DNA of 64,000 nucleotides from the IMG/VR virus record IMGVR_UViG_3300037467_001416; one strand, written 5' to 3'. The position numbers were made by a program, and so were the translations under genes. Positions 9,510-18,403 of this stretch are shown here, piece after piece. The notes under the pieces were generated by a model. That model was not told the DNA's origin. It was given only the letters and a program-made list of their open reading frames with translations, and ran no database searches. Origin of the DNA: an uncultured virus (IMG/VR IMGVR_UViG_3300037467_001416). Taxonomy: Duplodnaviria; Heunggongvirae; Uroviricota; Caudoviricetes. How positions within the stretch are numbered: position 1 is the stretch's first letter; every line of letters begins with the position of its first letter.

Positions 9510-9860
9510 TCAGGCGGCGGTTCCGCAGCGGATCGTGTGCAGCGGTGCCGGTGCTCCACATACGATGCAGTGCTCGACTATCGGCTCGTCGTTGATAGCT
9601 GTAGGGAGGAACTCCATAAACTCCCAGGAGCACACGACTCGGGAGTCGTAGCCGGGCGGAATCTCGAACGCCGGAGTTCGTCCAGTGTGGATGAATAGTC
9701 GTCCGTCGTACCGGATCGTGTTGGCGAAGGTGCGGGCTGGGAGCTCTAGGATGGTAGGCTCGATGTTGCCTATCGTGAAGAGACGGAAGAGGGCTAGAGG
9801 TGACGGGTTGGAGTCGGTTTGGTGTGGGTCGTGGTTGTGTGGGTCGTGGTTGTGTGACAT
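9510..9860 (-). CDS. Hypothetical protein, first gene of the leftward early unit
   Basis: TTGACC...TACTGT promoter and AAGGAG RBS; N-terminal HNHDP duplication. Confidence 0.55.
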   Translation of the reverse strand: MSHNHDPHNHDPHQTDSNPSPLALFRLFTIGNIEPTILELPARTFANTIRYDGRLFIHTGRTPAFEIPPGYDSRVVCSWEFMEFLPTAINDEPIVEHCIVCGAPAPLHTIRCGTAA

Positions 9861-9884
9861 GGGACGATTCTCCTTGTGCCAATG

Positions 9885-9912
9885 GCGTACAGTAGCGCGG
9901 GGTGGGTCAAAA
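9885..9912 (-). promoter_or_regulatory. Sigma70-like early promoter (family also at about 6550, 7665, 8130, 9445)
   Basis: Minus strand TTGACCCACCCCGCGCTACTGT; CCCCGCGCTA recurs at 7667-7676, 8129-8138 and 9893-9902, with variant CCCCACGCTA at 6553-6562. Confidence 0.6.
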
Positions 9913-9919
9913 GCCAATG

Positions 9920-10460
9920 GTTAGAATGGTCTAGGTGATACCCTAGGAATTAAGCGAGAAGAGAGTCCCGTACGGATCCCTAAGTAGCTTGGGAGTTAGC
10001 CTTTTCCAAGTAGTCCTCTGGTACCAGCCTGATTAGTCTGTTGGTTCTAGCCAAGTACTTGTAATTGCTGGGTTTTTGAGCTCTCTCGACTACTATATTT
10101 ATATTATATAGAGAGTAACATATAGAGGGTAATAGTAGTAGTAGTAGATAGTATATAGGGTGTAAACAATGTCGTACATGGTATCGTATCGTACAGTCTG
10201 GTATCCCAGGCCGTCGAAATTAAGCGGCCGGAGTACTCCTCAGCTACTGGAGATTAACTCAAGGTGAGAGGTCTTAAGCCCTTGGTTTTGTTGGTTTATT
10301 TTAGAACCGTGGGAGATACAAAATCAGTAGCGTGGGAGCCGGCACGATAGGTCCGCTCCCACGCTACTGGAAGCTAATTTCAGGCTTGTCAGGTGAGCGC
10401 CGTTAGGTTAAGGTCGAACATGCTCCATTGGCACGTCGCCAGGGATCGCAGCAAGGAAAA
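9920..10460. other. AT-rich non-coding region, putative replication origin
   Basis: No ORF of 60 aa or more; TATATTATATA and (TAG)n tract at about 10090-10160; 15-bp perfect inverted repeat at 10325-10369. Confidence 0.45.
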
Positions 10461-10496
10461 GACCCCGTCGCGTTTCTCCGGAGATGCGGCGGGGTT
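10454..10496 (-). terminator. Rho-independent terminator after 10505..11203
   Basis: Minus strand ACCCCGCCGCATCTC-CGGA-GAAACGCGACGGGGT (imperfect stem) followed by CTTTTCCTT. Confidence 0.55.
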
Positions 10497-10504
10497 GATT
10501 CCAT

Positions 10505-11203
10505 TTATGGCTCGCCGTACTTCTCGATCAGCATGAAGCGCATCCAGGGTCTACTCTCGAGAATTTCTGTGCGCTGCTCGGTAGATCCATCTCGGTAGAG
10601 AGTCTCAAAGTCGGGTGTGTCGTTCTCAATCCCAGATTCCGTGGAATACCGGCTTCCCTTCTTCCCAACTTTCTTGAAGTCCGGATCGTATTTCTGCACT
10701 CGGTCAATAGGGACTGGGTTGGAGCTGAAGTTTAGATCAGAACGCCGACCGAGATCCAATTTTTCGAGTCTACTATTCAAGTTTTTGAGACTGAGACTTG
10801 ATGGCTCGTCAATCCAATCGCCAGCCCTCAGGAGTAGAATCGTCTTTCCGCGTATCTCCTGCTCGAAGAACTTAGCGCTCTCCGGAGTCGGCCCGCCGCA
10901 CTTTTCATTGAAAAACTGCTCCCGAATCATCATCGTAAGGACCGAGATGTACGTCTCTGGGACCTCGACGGAGTCTAGAGCCTCTAAAATCTCACTCTCG
11001 TGCTCATGCTCCACGTAGAGCGTCGGGATAGACTTGGATCTGTAGGCATCCCTCGTCCGGCGAGGCCAGTTGATCGAGACTACCTCGGACCAACGTCGTG
11101 CAGCGCTCGACATCTCCTCAAGTGTCTCTCCAACCACTCTCCGCATTAGCCGACCTCGTCGACCTCCTCTGGAGCGGACGAATTGCGAGTGAAAATAAGC
11201 CAT
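10505..11203 (-). CDS. Hypothetical protein (232 aa)
   Basis: Long ORF followed by a terminator; no recognised motif. Confidence 0.65.
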   Translation of the reverse strand: MAYFHSQFVRSRGGRRGRLMRRVVGETLEEMSSAARRWSEVVSINWPRRTRDAYRSKSIPTLYVEHEHESEILEALDSVEVPETYISVLTMMIREQFFNEKCGGPTPESAKFFEQEIRGKTILLLRAGDWIDEPSSLSLKNLNSRLEKLDLGRRSDLNFSSNPVPIDRVQKYDPDFKKVGKKGSRYSTESGIENDTPDFETLYRDGSTEQRTEILESRPWMRFMLIEKYGEP

Positions 11204-11209
11204 CTCGAC

Positions 11210-11428
11210 CTACCTAGCGAGTTTCTCTAGCTTGAGGTTCCAAGTCGCGCGAACCCATCGGCCGTCGCTAAGCCGAATCTCTCCCATCCGACCGCCGGAG
11301 GCACTCTCGGCCATCGCCAGATCTTCCAGAAGGTTCTCAGCTAGATCAGTCGGCTTTTGGATCAGTCGCGCGACGTCTTCTCTCCGCTCTTGCTTCTTCT
11401 CGAGCGAGTCTCTCGGCACGATACTCAT
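11210..11428 (-). CDS. Hypothetical protein
   Basis: 72 aa; AGGAAGGGG RBS. Confidence 0.5.
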   Translation of the reverse strand: MSIVPRDSLEKKQERREDVARLIQKPTDLAENLLEDLAMAESASGGRMGEIRLSDGRWVRATWNLKLEKLAR

Positions 11429-11810
11429 ACCCCTTCCTGATAGGCACTACGTTACCACCGGCAATCTCGCCGGACAACTTCTGTCTGGTCCTTCCGCGTG
11501 GGTAGATGGAGCCCACGGTCTTTCCCGGGAGCTGCTCTCCGTCGATTATCAAGATCGCTGAGTGATCAAGTTTCTTGTGGAAGACGAAGCGGCCCCAGTC
11601 GACCTCGGGAATCTCCCTCGTCAGGATCTCGATCAACCATTCGTCCTCCAGATCGTACCAGAGGCCGAAGTCTGCGCGGAATTCTCGCCTGATTGATTGT
11701 CCTGGGACTATCGCGAAGCCTGACACGACGAAGACTATCTCTCGCCGGACGGATCTGAATCGCTCGCCGTCCCAACAGCTCTCCTCTGCGAACGATACTA
11801 CCTGAGCCAT
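11346..11810 (-). CDS. Hypothetical protein
   Basis: 154-aa ORF; GAGG RBS. Confidence 0.5.
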   Translation of the reverse strand: MAQVVSFAEESCWDGERFRSVRREIVFVVSGFAIVPGQSIRREFRADFGLWYDLEDEWLIEILTREIPEVDWGRFVFHKKLDHSAILIIDGEQLPGKTVGSIYPRGRTRQKLSGEIAGGNVVPIRKGYEYRAERLAREEARAERRRRATDPKAD

Positions 11811-12239
11811 GCCTCAGCTCAGCCCAGGATTAGGAACATAATGCCGAAGATCGCGACGGCAATGACCCACCACGCTGGTCGGTTGTCCTTTAGGTTGCCG
11901 TCCTTGAGGAGACTTATGCCTACCTTAACGTTCGTATAGTTGGACATCGTACTTGACCACCTTTGCTGCTAACCCATAGTGCGCCCGCTAGGCTCCGTGG
12001 CGCAAGTGTAGATTGTTCTCCGGAGGTGTGGACTGCTCTCCGGAGCTGGAGAGCGACTCAAGCTGGCCTTATATACGCGCGTAAAGGCTCAAGACGGTCT
12101 GGAGCAGTTTTCTGGCTAAAGTGCTCTGCGCGGATCGTTTTGGGGTTTACCGCGGAGAGAAGCTGGCGCATATAGGGGTTGCTGGCAAGGTTGCCGGTCC
12201 GCCACGGCAAGGGCGGTCAACAGCAAGGAGTGTAAGGTT

Positions 12240-12842
12240 ATGTCTAAGTCACAGCGTAAGGCCCACGAGGCCGACAATACCGAGTCGCAGGGCGACGCCA
12301 CCGACGCGACGGAGGCCGCGGTCGCGGCTGACCCGTTCGCCGATGTGCCGGTCACCAAGATCGGTGACGACGTGGAGTTCGACGACTTCAGCGGCATCGC
12401 TACGGCGGATCCGCGGAAGTACGCCAACGTTCACTCGGCCGCGGTCGGCGAGCGTCTCCCCACCGCCAAGGGCTGGAAGCACGAGCGCGCCATGCTCGTC
12501 CCTGGTACCAACAAGCGTGAGTTCAAACAGGGCTCCGTGTACGGCACCATCCAGCAGATCGTCCAGGCGGCTGGCCGCACTGGCATCCCGGCCTACGTCG
12601 TGGCGACGAAGCTGCGTCGTATGCAGGTCGGCAACAAGCGGTCGCACTACTGCGGCGACTCGGCCGGCGGCGCGCTGCCGCCGATCGGTTGGGCCGAGGG
12701 TTGGCTGAACACGGCGATTACCAAGAACATCGCCGGCGTCCACCCGACGAAACAGGCTCCGGCACTCCGCGAGGAAGTGACCGAGGGCGAGTCCAACGTC
12801 AACAAGGCCGAGTCGCAGGGCAAGCTCGCGGCCAACGGCTAA
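12240..12842 (+). CDS. Putative DNA-binding protein, probably highly expressed
   Basis: 200 aa; AAGGAG RBS; strongly C/G-ending codons; followed by a double-hairpin terminator. Confidence 0.7.
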   Translation: MSKSQRKAHEADNTESQGDATDATEAAVAADPFADVPVTKIGDDVEFDDFSGIATADPRKYANVHSAAVGERLPTAKGWKHERAMLVPGTNKREFKQGSVYGTIQQIVQAAGRTGIPAYVVATKLRRMQVGNKRSHYCGDSAGGALPPIGWAEGWLNTAITKNIAGVHPTKQAPALREEVTEGESNVNKAESQGKLAANG

Positions 12843-12849
12843 CACCTAC

Positions 12850-12942
12850 CTCCCGGTCGGGCGTGGCATTACGCTCGGCCGGGAGTCGCCCGTCGTGGCT
12901 CGGCTTCGCCATGTTGTCCGAGTCGCGGCGGGCTTTCTTTTT
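12850..12942 (+). terminator. Tandem hairpins with U-tract
   Basis: CTCCCGGTCGGGCGT/ACGCTCGGCCGGGAG, then GCCCGTCGTGGCTCGG/CCGAGTCGCGGCGGGC followed by TTTCTTTTT. Confidence 0.75.
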
Positions 12943-13012
12943 GATCTGCGTCTGTGATCACAGTGTGATCACGTCTGGACAAGGGATCTTGATCTTGAGA
13001 GAAGAGAGAGAG
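12943..13012. repeat. GATC cluster plus GA-repeat tract
   Basis: GATC at 12943, 12956, 12967, 12985, 12991, then GAGAGAAGAGAGAGAG. Confidence 0.8.
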
Positions 13013-13245
13013 TTATCTGCGGCTGGTAGCTGGCGGGCGCTAGGCCCGCGTTGTGCGACGGCCCTCGACCGCCCTCGAGCGCTCCTCGAGCGCGTCTGGG
13101 GCAGGCCCTAGGGTAAGCGGTAGCCCTGCGCCGCCGCCGCGCTGTAGGAGTGCTTTACGGGTGTTCGGTTTGTGGATAACTCGGCGCTGGCGCTTGGAGC
13201 AGGCCCGCGCTAGGGTGTAGGGGTAGGGCAAAGGAGGTTATCCCC

Positions 13246-13524
13246 ATGCGTAGGGCTCTGTTAAGCGACGCGTTCCAAACCGCGATCCCGTCGTTCCCAA
13301 AGTCACTCGGCTACGAGGTCGTCAACTTCTTCCAGTCGTGTCGTCATCCGCGTGACGCGATCGTGCTGTGCCAGCGCGGTCCGGACTACGTCGTGTGGAC
13401 GGCGAACATGATCGAGGGTGGTTGCCACAACGGCTCCTATCATAGCGACGAAGAGAGCTCGGGCGTGGACGGCTTCGCCGACGCGTGGAAAGAGTTCGAG
13501 AGCCGCATAGCGAGACTGAGCTGA
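13246..13524 (+). CDS. Hypothetical early protein
   Basis: AAGGAGG RBS; YVVW...GGCHNGSY pattern. Confidence 0.65.
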   Translation: MRRALLSDAFQTAIPSFPKSLGYEVVNFFQSCRHPRDAIVLCQRGPDYVVWTANMIEGGCHNGSYHSDEESSGVDGFADAWKEFESRIARLS

Positions 13525-13699
13525 TGTCGCCCGTCGTCAGCATCTCTCTACTGTTCGCGTTCACGGCGAGTGCGATTTCGCTGGGAATGGGCTCCTTCGC
13601 TGGAGAGACAGCAGTCATAAGAGCTGTATATCGCGTAGGGCTCGCCCTAATCACCGTCATGCTGTATGCAGCACTCATCGTAAGAGAAGGACTATAATC

Positions 13700-13972
13700 A
13701 TGGCTTCAATGCGCTTCATGTCGACCGTCGACGGTCAGCCGACCAAGTTCGTTCGCTTCGACTCCTCGCCCGGAAGAGCGATCGCCAAGAAGCTCGGCGA
13801 CGGCACGTGGGACGAGACCTCCTACAAGGCGGTACTCATGGAAGATCGCGGGGACGAGAAGACCTACGAGGTCTATCTACGCCGCGCTCGGAATGAGTCC
13901 TTCCCCGATCCGTTCCCTCACGAGAAGGTCGGCATCCTTCATTGGACTGACCCAAGAAGCGCTCAGCGCTGA
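13700..13972 (+). CDS. Hypothetical early protein
   Basis: AAGGA RBS; 90 aa. Confidence 0.6.
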   Translation: MASMRFMSTVDGQPTKFVRFDSSPGRAIAKKLGDGTWDETSYKAVLMEDRGDEKTYEVYLRRARNESFPDPFPHEKVGILHWTDPRSAQR

Positions 13973-14038
13973 GCAGTCCGTAGTTGCCCGCGGAGAAGTA
14001 CGACCGTATTCTGAAAGGGTAGGCAGCAGGAGGTTGTC

Positions 14039-14242
14039 ATGCCGTTGTCGGAGATGAACGTACCAATGGCGACTACTCAGGGTCGCGCGGCGCACATCAG
14101 AGGTTTGGAGCTTCATCGTTGTCCGTATCCTCTCGGTACGGTGTCGGCGCTGCTCTGGATCTCGGCGTGGGTCGAGGAAGATCGGGAGACCGAGGAGGCG
14201 GTAATCGCCATCTGTCATGAGAGAGGGAGACTGGGAGCATGA
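14039..14242 (+). CDS. Rmf-like small protein
   Basis: G..A...G.....CPY.........W...W pattern resembling the ribosome modulation factor fold. Confidence 0.45.
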   Translation: MPLSEMNVPMATTQGRAAHIRGLELHRCPYPLGTVSALLWISAWVEEDRETEEAVIAICHERGRLGA

Positions 14243-14964
14243 GCGAGAGGTCAGAGAGGGAGATCCAGCGCATTAAGCGTGTGATCCAGGCGCTTCAGCA
14301 GAAGACGCAGGACAATGGATGCTCCGAGGAGGAGGCGCTGTCCGCGGCTGCGAAGCTCGGTCAGTTGCTCGAGGAGTACGACCTTAGCATCGACGAGGTC
14401 GGTGTCCGCGAGGATGCCTCCATGTGTCGCAAGAACGAGGTCTTCGCGGCTGACGACTTCGCGGGTACGCTGGTGGTTGGCATCAAGCACTTCTGCGGCA
14501 TCATCGCCTACACGAAGTCGGGCGACGGCCACGCCGGGAAGTACGTGTTCTTCGGCACTCCGCACGACTTGGAGATCGCTCTGTATCTCTACGAGATCTG
14601 TGCCGAGGCTATGGACCGCGACTGGTCCGACTACATGGAGGTTCACGGTTACTCCATGAAGAAGCGCATGTCGTTCCGTGCTGGCTTCGCGAATCGAGTG
14701 TATTATCGTCTTATTGAGATGAAGCGCGAGCGCGACGAGCGTACTCGTGTCGCCACTGGCACGGCGCTGATGGTTCTCAAGGACCAGCTCGTCACAGAGG
14801 AGTTCAAGCGCCAGCTTGGCATCAAGCTCGTCAATGCTCGCAGCGGTCGCAACATGGCGGCGGATCCTACGGCTTATCAGCACGGTCACGCGGCTGGCGG
14901 TCGGGTTAACCTGAGCAACCCGCTCGGAGGCGGGACGAGCTCCAGCGCAGGGCATCTTCGCTAA
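14239..14964 (+). CDS. DUF2786-like phage protein
   Basis: IQALQQKTQDNGCSEEEALSAAAKLGQLLEEYDLS N-terminus; FFG...SFRAGFA...AYQHGHAAG C-terminal motifs. Confidence 0.75.
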   Translation: MSERSEREIQRIKRVIQALQQKTQDNGCSEEEALSAAAKLGQLLEEYDLSIDEVGVREDASMCRKNEVFAADDFAGTLVVGIKHFCGIIAYTKSGDGHAGKYVFFGTPHDLEIALYLYEICAEAMDRDWSDYMEVHGYSMKKRMSFRAGFANRVYYRLIEMKRERDERTRVATGTALMVLKDQLVTEEFKRQLGIKLVNARSGRNMAADPTAYQHGHAAGGRVNLSNPLGGGTSSSAGHLR

Positions 14965-15082
14965 AGCCTGAGTTACAATGGGTTAATCCTCGCCGCCGAG
15001 GCTTTGGGCGAGAGTTAACCCATTGTATAACGGTACTATCCGGTGCGTAAGGGGAGTATCGGGTTAGAGCAGGAGAATCCCT

Positions 15083-15301
15083 ATGGCGCTTATCAACCGT
15101 GAAGACCTTGTCGTGGCGAAGCGCCCCGGAACAAGGCTGTTTCTCGCAGGAGGCGTTAGATCCAATCCGGCGTTCGAGGGTCCCAGCGAGAGAACAATCT
15201 TCTTCAAGCACGATACCGCTGAGCAAGAGCTTCGCGCCATGCACGTTCCAATGGAGAACGTCGTGCTTGTTGGTGCTAAGTTGTCCGTCAACATCGGCTA
15301 G
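15083..15301 (+). CDS. Hypothetical protein
   Basis: AGGAG RBS; 72 aa. Confidence 0.55.
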   Translation: MALINREDLVVAKRPGTRLFLAGGVRSNPAFEGPSERTIFFKHDTAEQELRAMHVPMENVVLVGAKLSVNIG

Positions 15302-15473
15302 GTCGCCAGATAGTTTTGAGTCGAGAGTCTGGGCAACGCTCTCGACGCAGGGATGCGGGGAGTCCGTAGGATCTCTCTCCCGACGGCTCCCCGCAGACCA
15401 CGTAGGCGCTTGTTACGCGAGCAAGTGCGTTGTACTCTCGGAAGGTAGGCAGCAACCAAGGAGGAACTACCCC

Positions 15474-15761
15474 ATGACCAGTGTTGGCGAACGTATGGGT
15501 CTCTTGCGCCCCGCGCAGCGCGAGGTCGTTGGTGAGGACGGTCGCCTGACCGTTTCTCGCACGAGTATCTTCACCGGGAGGCGGAACGCGATGACGCTCC
15601 CCATCACGCGTGGGCAGCTCGCTCGCTGGGATCGCCGCGAGGGTCTGGCGCAGGATATTTTCCCCGACCTCGGCGCCGACCAGCGCGAGTTCCTGATGTC
15701 TGGTGCGACGCCCGAGGAGTGGGTGGAAGTGTTCGGCAAGAACGAGGAGGACGATGGATGA
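15474..15761 (+). CDS. Hypothetical phage protein
   Basis: AAGGAGG RBS; SIFTG...MTLPIT...AQDIFPDL..DQREFLMSGATPEEW, a common phage small-protein pattern. Confidence 0.7.
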   Translation: MTSVGERMGLLRPAQREVVGEDGRLTVSRTSIFTGRRNAMTLPITRGQLARWDRREGLAQDIFPDLGADQREFLMSGATPEEWVEVFGKNEEDDG

Positions 15762-16078
15762 TCGGGATTGTGCTAGCACTCGCGGCTGTTGGAGTCAGCC
15801 CGACTATGTCGCCGGAGGATACTCTCGTCGAGGAGACAGAAGTCGTCTGCGGATCCGCCATCGGGCCGTACGAAGATGCTATGGCGGGAGTACAGCAGAA
15901 GGATAGGTGGCCTCTGTACGTCGGTCGTATGGAGACCGCGATGGATCAGCTCAACATGAGCGAGGATCGTCGCCAGATCATGCGCTTTCTCTGTCGCGTC
16001 TATCTGAGAGCGAGCATTAACTCAACCGAAAGTGTGATTAAGCTCTTCGACGAGAAGACAAAGAGTACTCAACGCTAG
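15758..16078 (+). CDS. Exported/membrane-anchored hypothetical protein
   Basis: MIGIVLALAAVGV signal-like start; ATGA overlap. Confidence 0.55.
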   Translation: MIGIVLALAAVGVSPTMSPEDTLVEETEVVCGSAIGPYEDAMAGVQQKDRWPLYVGRMETAMDQLNMSEDRRQIMRFLCRVYLRASINSTESVIKLFDEKTKSTQR

Positions 16079-16133
16079 CGGCCGGAGCTTTGCGACTGTA
16101 TGCTAGGGGTAGGCAGGCAGTAGGAGTCGCAAC

Positions 16134-16514
16134 ATGTACTTAGTCGCTCGCAGTCAGCTCAAGGACTTTCTCTGTGGTGGGTACTTTGATCCGGACGGTA
16201 CCAATCGCGAGGAGATGGTCGCCTTCGCGGATAAGATCTTGGAGCACTGCCCCACGGATCTCAAGCTGTTCCTGTTCAGCGATCACGAGAACGGCGACGA
16301 TCCGGAGATCCACTGGCCTTTCAGGCAGCGGCTCGAGGAGCTCATTCCTCTAACGTATGCGGCGGGTGGTTCCGGCTACTACGGCCTGATCGCAGAGCGC
16401 CGCGAGGACGTGGAGGACGGGGAGATCCTCTATCAGTGCTACCTCGGCGGCTCCGCGGGCAACAGCGCTCCAGGGTTCGTCGTTACGCCCCTCGCGCAGT
16501 GGCAGGCTGAGTAA
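16134..16514 (+). CDS. Hypothetical early protein
   Basis: Preceded by the repeated promoter/leader cassette. Confidence 0.65.
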   Translation: MYLVARSQLKDFLCGGYFDPDGTNREEMVAFADKILEHCPTDLKLFLFSDHENGDDPEIHWPFRQRLEELIPLTYAAGGSGYYGLIAERREDVEDGEILYQCYLGGSAGNSAPGFVVTPLAQWQAE

Positions 16515-16617
16515 TCCACACCTGCAACAAACTCGCTAGCCGAGCAGTCCACGCTTGGCTAGCGAGCGCCGCGACTGCATACTGCAAGGGTAGGCAGGCA
16601 GTAGCAGGAGATAAGCC

Positions 16618-16884
16618 GTGCAGTTCGCCATCAACACCGACGAGGGCTTGGTCTTCGAGGAGCAGAATGGCCGCTTCTTCCATCGGCGCTTCGTCACTCA
16701 CGAGTATCGCGCGGTGCAGGCCATCCTCGCTCGTCGCGTCGCCGAGGATGTGGAGAACTTCGCCAGAGCCAATCGTCACCTGACGTCCTCGCCGGAGGAG
16801 ATCGCTTCGCTGGAGCTCAGCGAAGTCTACGATCCGTACGAGGGCTTCCACGATCCGGACGACTTTCCTCCGGTGTGGCAGTAA
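16618..16884 (+). CDS. Acidic hypothetical early protein
   Basis: Preceded by the repeated cassette; acidic C-terminus. Confidence 0.65.
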   Translation: MQFAINTDEGLVFEEQNGRFFHRRFVTHEYRAVQAILARRVAEDVENFARANRHLTSSPEEIASLELSEVYDPYEGFHDPDDFPPVWQ

Positions 16885-16968
16885 GATCAGTCCACGGGAG
16901 CAGCATACGCTTGGCGCCGGACCTCGCCGAGCGTATGCTGCAAGGGTATGCAGCAGTAGGAGGTCTAA

Positions 16969-17310
16969 ATGTCCAAGGCAGAGCTCACGCCCGAGCAGGT
17001 CGCGCACTGCAACTCAGTCTTCGCCAAGGGCGGCTTCGTCCCTCGTCGTAAGGGCCAGCGGTTCGCGCGCGACCTCTATCCGGCGTACGACTTCTACAAT
17101 CAACAGGGTGTTCCACATCCCACCGTGGAAAATCCAGTCGTCGCCAAGGTGGAGTTCCTCGGCACCTTCGTCGGGTATGGTCATTACGGCGATCTCTGCA
17201 ACTATCGCGCCTTCGCCATCACCGCCACCGACGGCTCGCGTTGGGCGGGCTACTCAAAGGACGAGGACTCCTATGTCTTGTGTCAAATGCACTCCTTCCG
17301 CGCGGCGTAA
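16969..17310 (+). CDS. Hypothetical early protein
   Basis: Preceded by the repeated cassette; AGGAGG RBS. Confidence 0.65.
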   Translation: MSKAELTPEQVAHCNSVFAKGGFVPRRKGQRFARDLYPAYDFYNQQGVPHPTVENPVVAKVEFLGTFVGYGHYGDLCNYRAFAITATDGSRWAGYSKDEDSYVLCQMHSFRAA

Positions 17311-17456
17311 GGCCGTGCGGCGCAACCCGGTCGCCATGTCCCTGCGGTCGCCTAGCAAGCGGCCTCAGGTCGTGCCCGACAAGCGGAGTAGTCTGCGTTT
17401 GCGCGCCGAGCGACGCGACCGTACACTGCAAGGGTAGGCAGCAGAAGGAGGTCACA

Positions 17457-17801
17457 ATGCATCTCGTAGATCGCCCCGCCATTGGCGAGTCCAACGGTCT
17501 TCCGTACGGCTCGGGCAATGAGTATCACGCTCAGTGGTCGGGTGCGCGCACCGTCGACTGGAGCGAGCCTCACCTGCGCGTGACTCGGCTCCGCCTGCTG
17601 AGTGATCCCGGCTTCCCGGCGTGGGACGTCTCGTACTGTCACGGCATCCTGTGTCACACAGGCGAGCACGTGATGGTGGAGCTTCCGTTCTCGCAGCTTC
17701 CCAAGCGCGGGTTTCGCAAGGCGATCGTCGCTCACGCCATTCGCGACAAGGTGTACGCTCGCGGCCTCGGCGTCCTGGATAATATCAGCACTCTATGCTG
17801 A
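17457..17801 (+). CDS. Hypothetical early protein
   Basis: Preceded by the repeated cassette; RVTRLRLLSDPGFPAWDVSYCHG. Confidence 0.65.
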   Translation: MHLVDRPAIGESNGLPYGSGNEYHAQWSGARTVDWSEPHLRVTRLRLLSDPGFPAWDVSYCHGILCHTGEHVMVELPFSQLPKRGFRKAIVAHAIRDKVYARGLGVLDNISTLC

Positions 17802-17820
17802 GTCGGTAGGAGTAATCCAA

Positions 17821-18105
17821 ATGTCAGTCCATAAGACCAATCCGTTCCATCGCCACGACGAGGACGACAACGAGTTCGTCGGCACCTTCAGCCTCGGCGG
17901 AAAGTCGCACGACGTCTGGATCGAACGTCTGGAGGGCGAGGAGGAAGACACGATCATCGTGCGCTACGGTGACGAGCCTGCCGAGTGTTGGGCCTTTCCT
18001 CACAGCGTCATGGTTCGGACCTTCCGACGCTTTCCGGACGAGGAGAAGTTCGGTCGCGCTCTCTCGCTCTATGAGGCCTTTCAGAACGGGAGGGCGTCGC
18101 TGTGA
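17821..18105 (+). CDS. Hypothetical early protein
   Basis: AGGAG RBS; HD...FVG...HDVW...IIVRYGDE pattern. Confidence 0.65.
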   Translation: MSVHKTNPFHRHDEDDNEFVGTFSLGGKSHDVWIERLEGEEEDTIIVRYGDEPAECWAFPHSVMVRTFRRFPDEEKFGRALSLYEAFQNGRASL

Positions 18106-18368
18106 GGACGAGAGGAGAGTCGCAGGAAGAAGGTCGCCAGATCGTTCTGATTGGCTTCAGCGAGGAGTGGCATCCCTATCGCCGGACGATCACGAACATC
18201 TATCAGTTGAGTAAGAGCGATCGCTACGACTACTACTTCTGGAAGAGCCTCATACGAGAGCAGAACGAGAGGACGATGGTCACGAGCACAGATCGCCTGA
18301 GAGAGACGCTCGCCGACGGACGCCTCCGGTGGAGCAATCCCGGCTTGGCGGGCGAGGGCCACGACTGA
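18102..18368 (+). CDS. Hypothetical protein
   Basis: GTGA overlap with the upstream stop; GGAGG RBS. Confidence 0.5.
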   Translation: MRTRGESQEEGRQIVLIGFSEEWHPYRRTITNIYQLSKSDRYDYYFWKSLIREQNERTMVTSTDRLRETLADGRLRWSNPGLAGEGHD

Positions 18369-18403
18369 ATACTACATTTGCAGGCAAGCAAAGGAGATCT
18401 GCA

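Larger units (their letters stand above)
13980..17456 (+). promoter_or_regulatory. Dispersed repeated early promoter/leader cassette
   Basis: TTG(G/C)-type -35 and TATTCT/TATGCT/CATACT/TACACT -10, followed by GGGTAGGCAG (or one-base variant) at 14017, 15443, 16107, 16588, 16944, 17432, then an AGGAG RBS; variant at 13221. Confidence 0.75.

Noticed and set aside
14980..15023. CtrA binding box
   Set aside because: Only isolated TTAA half-sites; no TTAA-N7-TTAA spacing
13980..17460. CRISPR-like array from the GGGTAGGCAG repeats
   Set aside because: Copies are hundreds of bases apart, separated by genes, and sit between promoter and RBS
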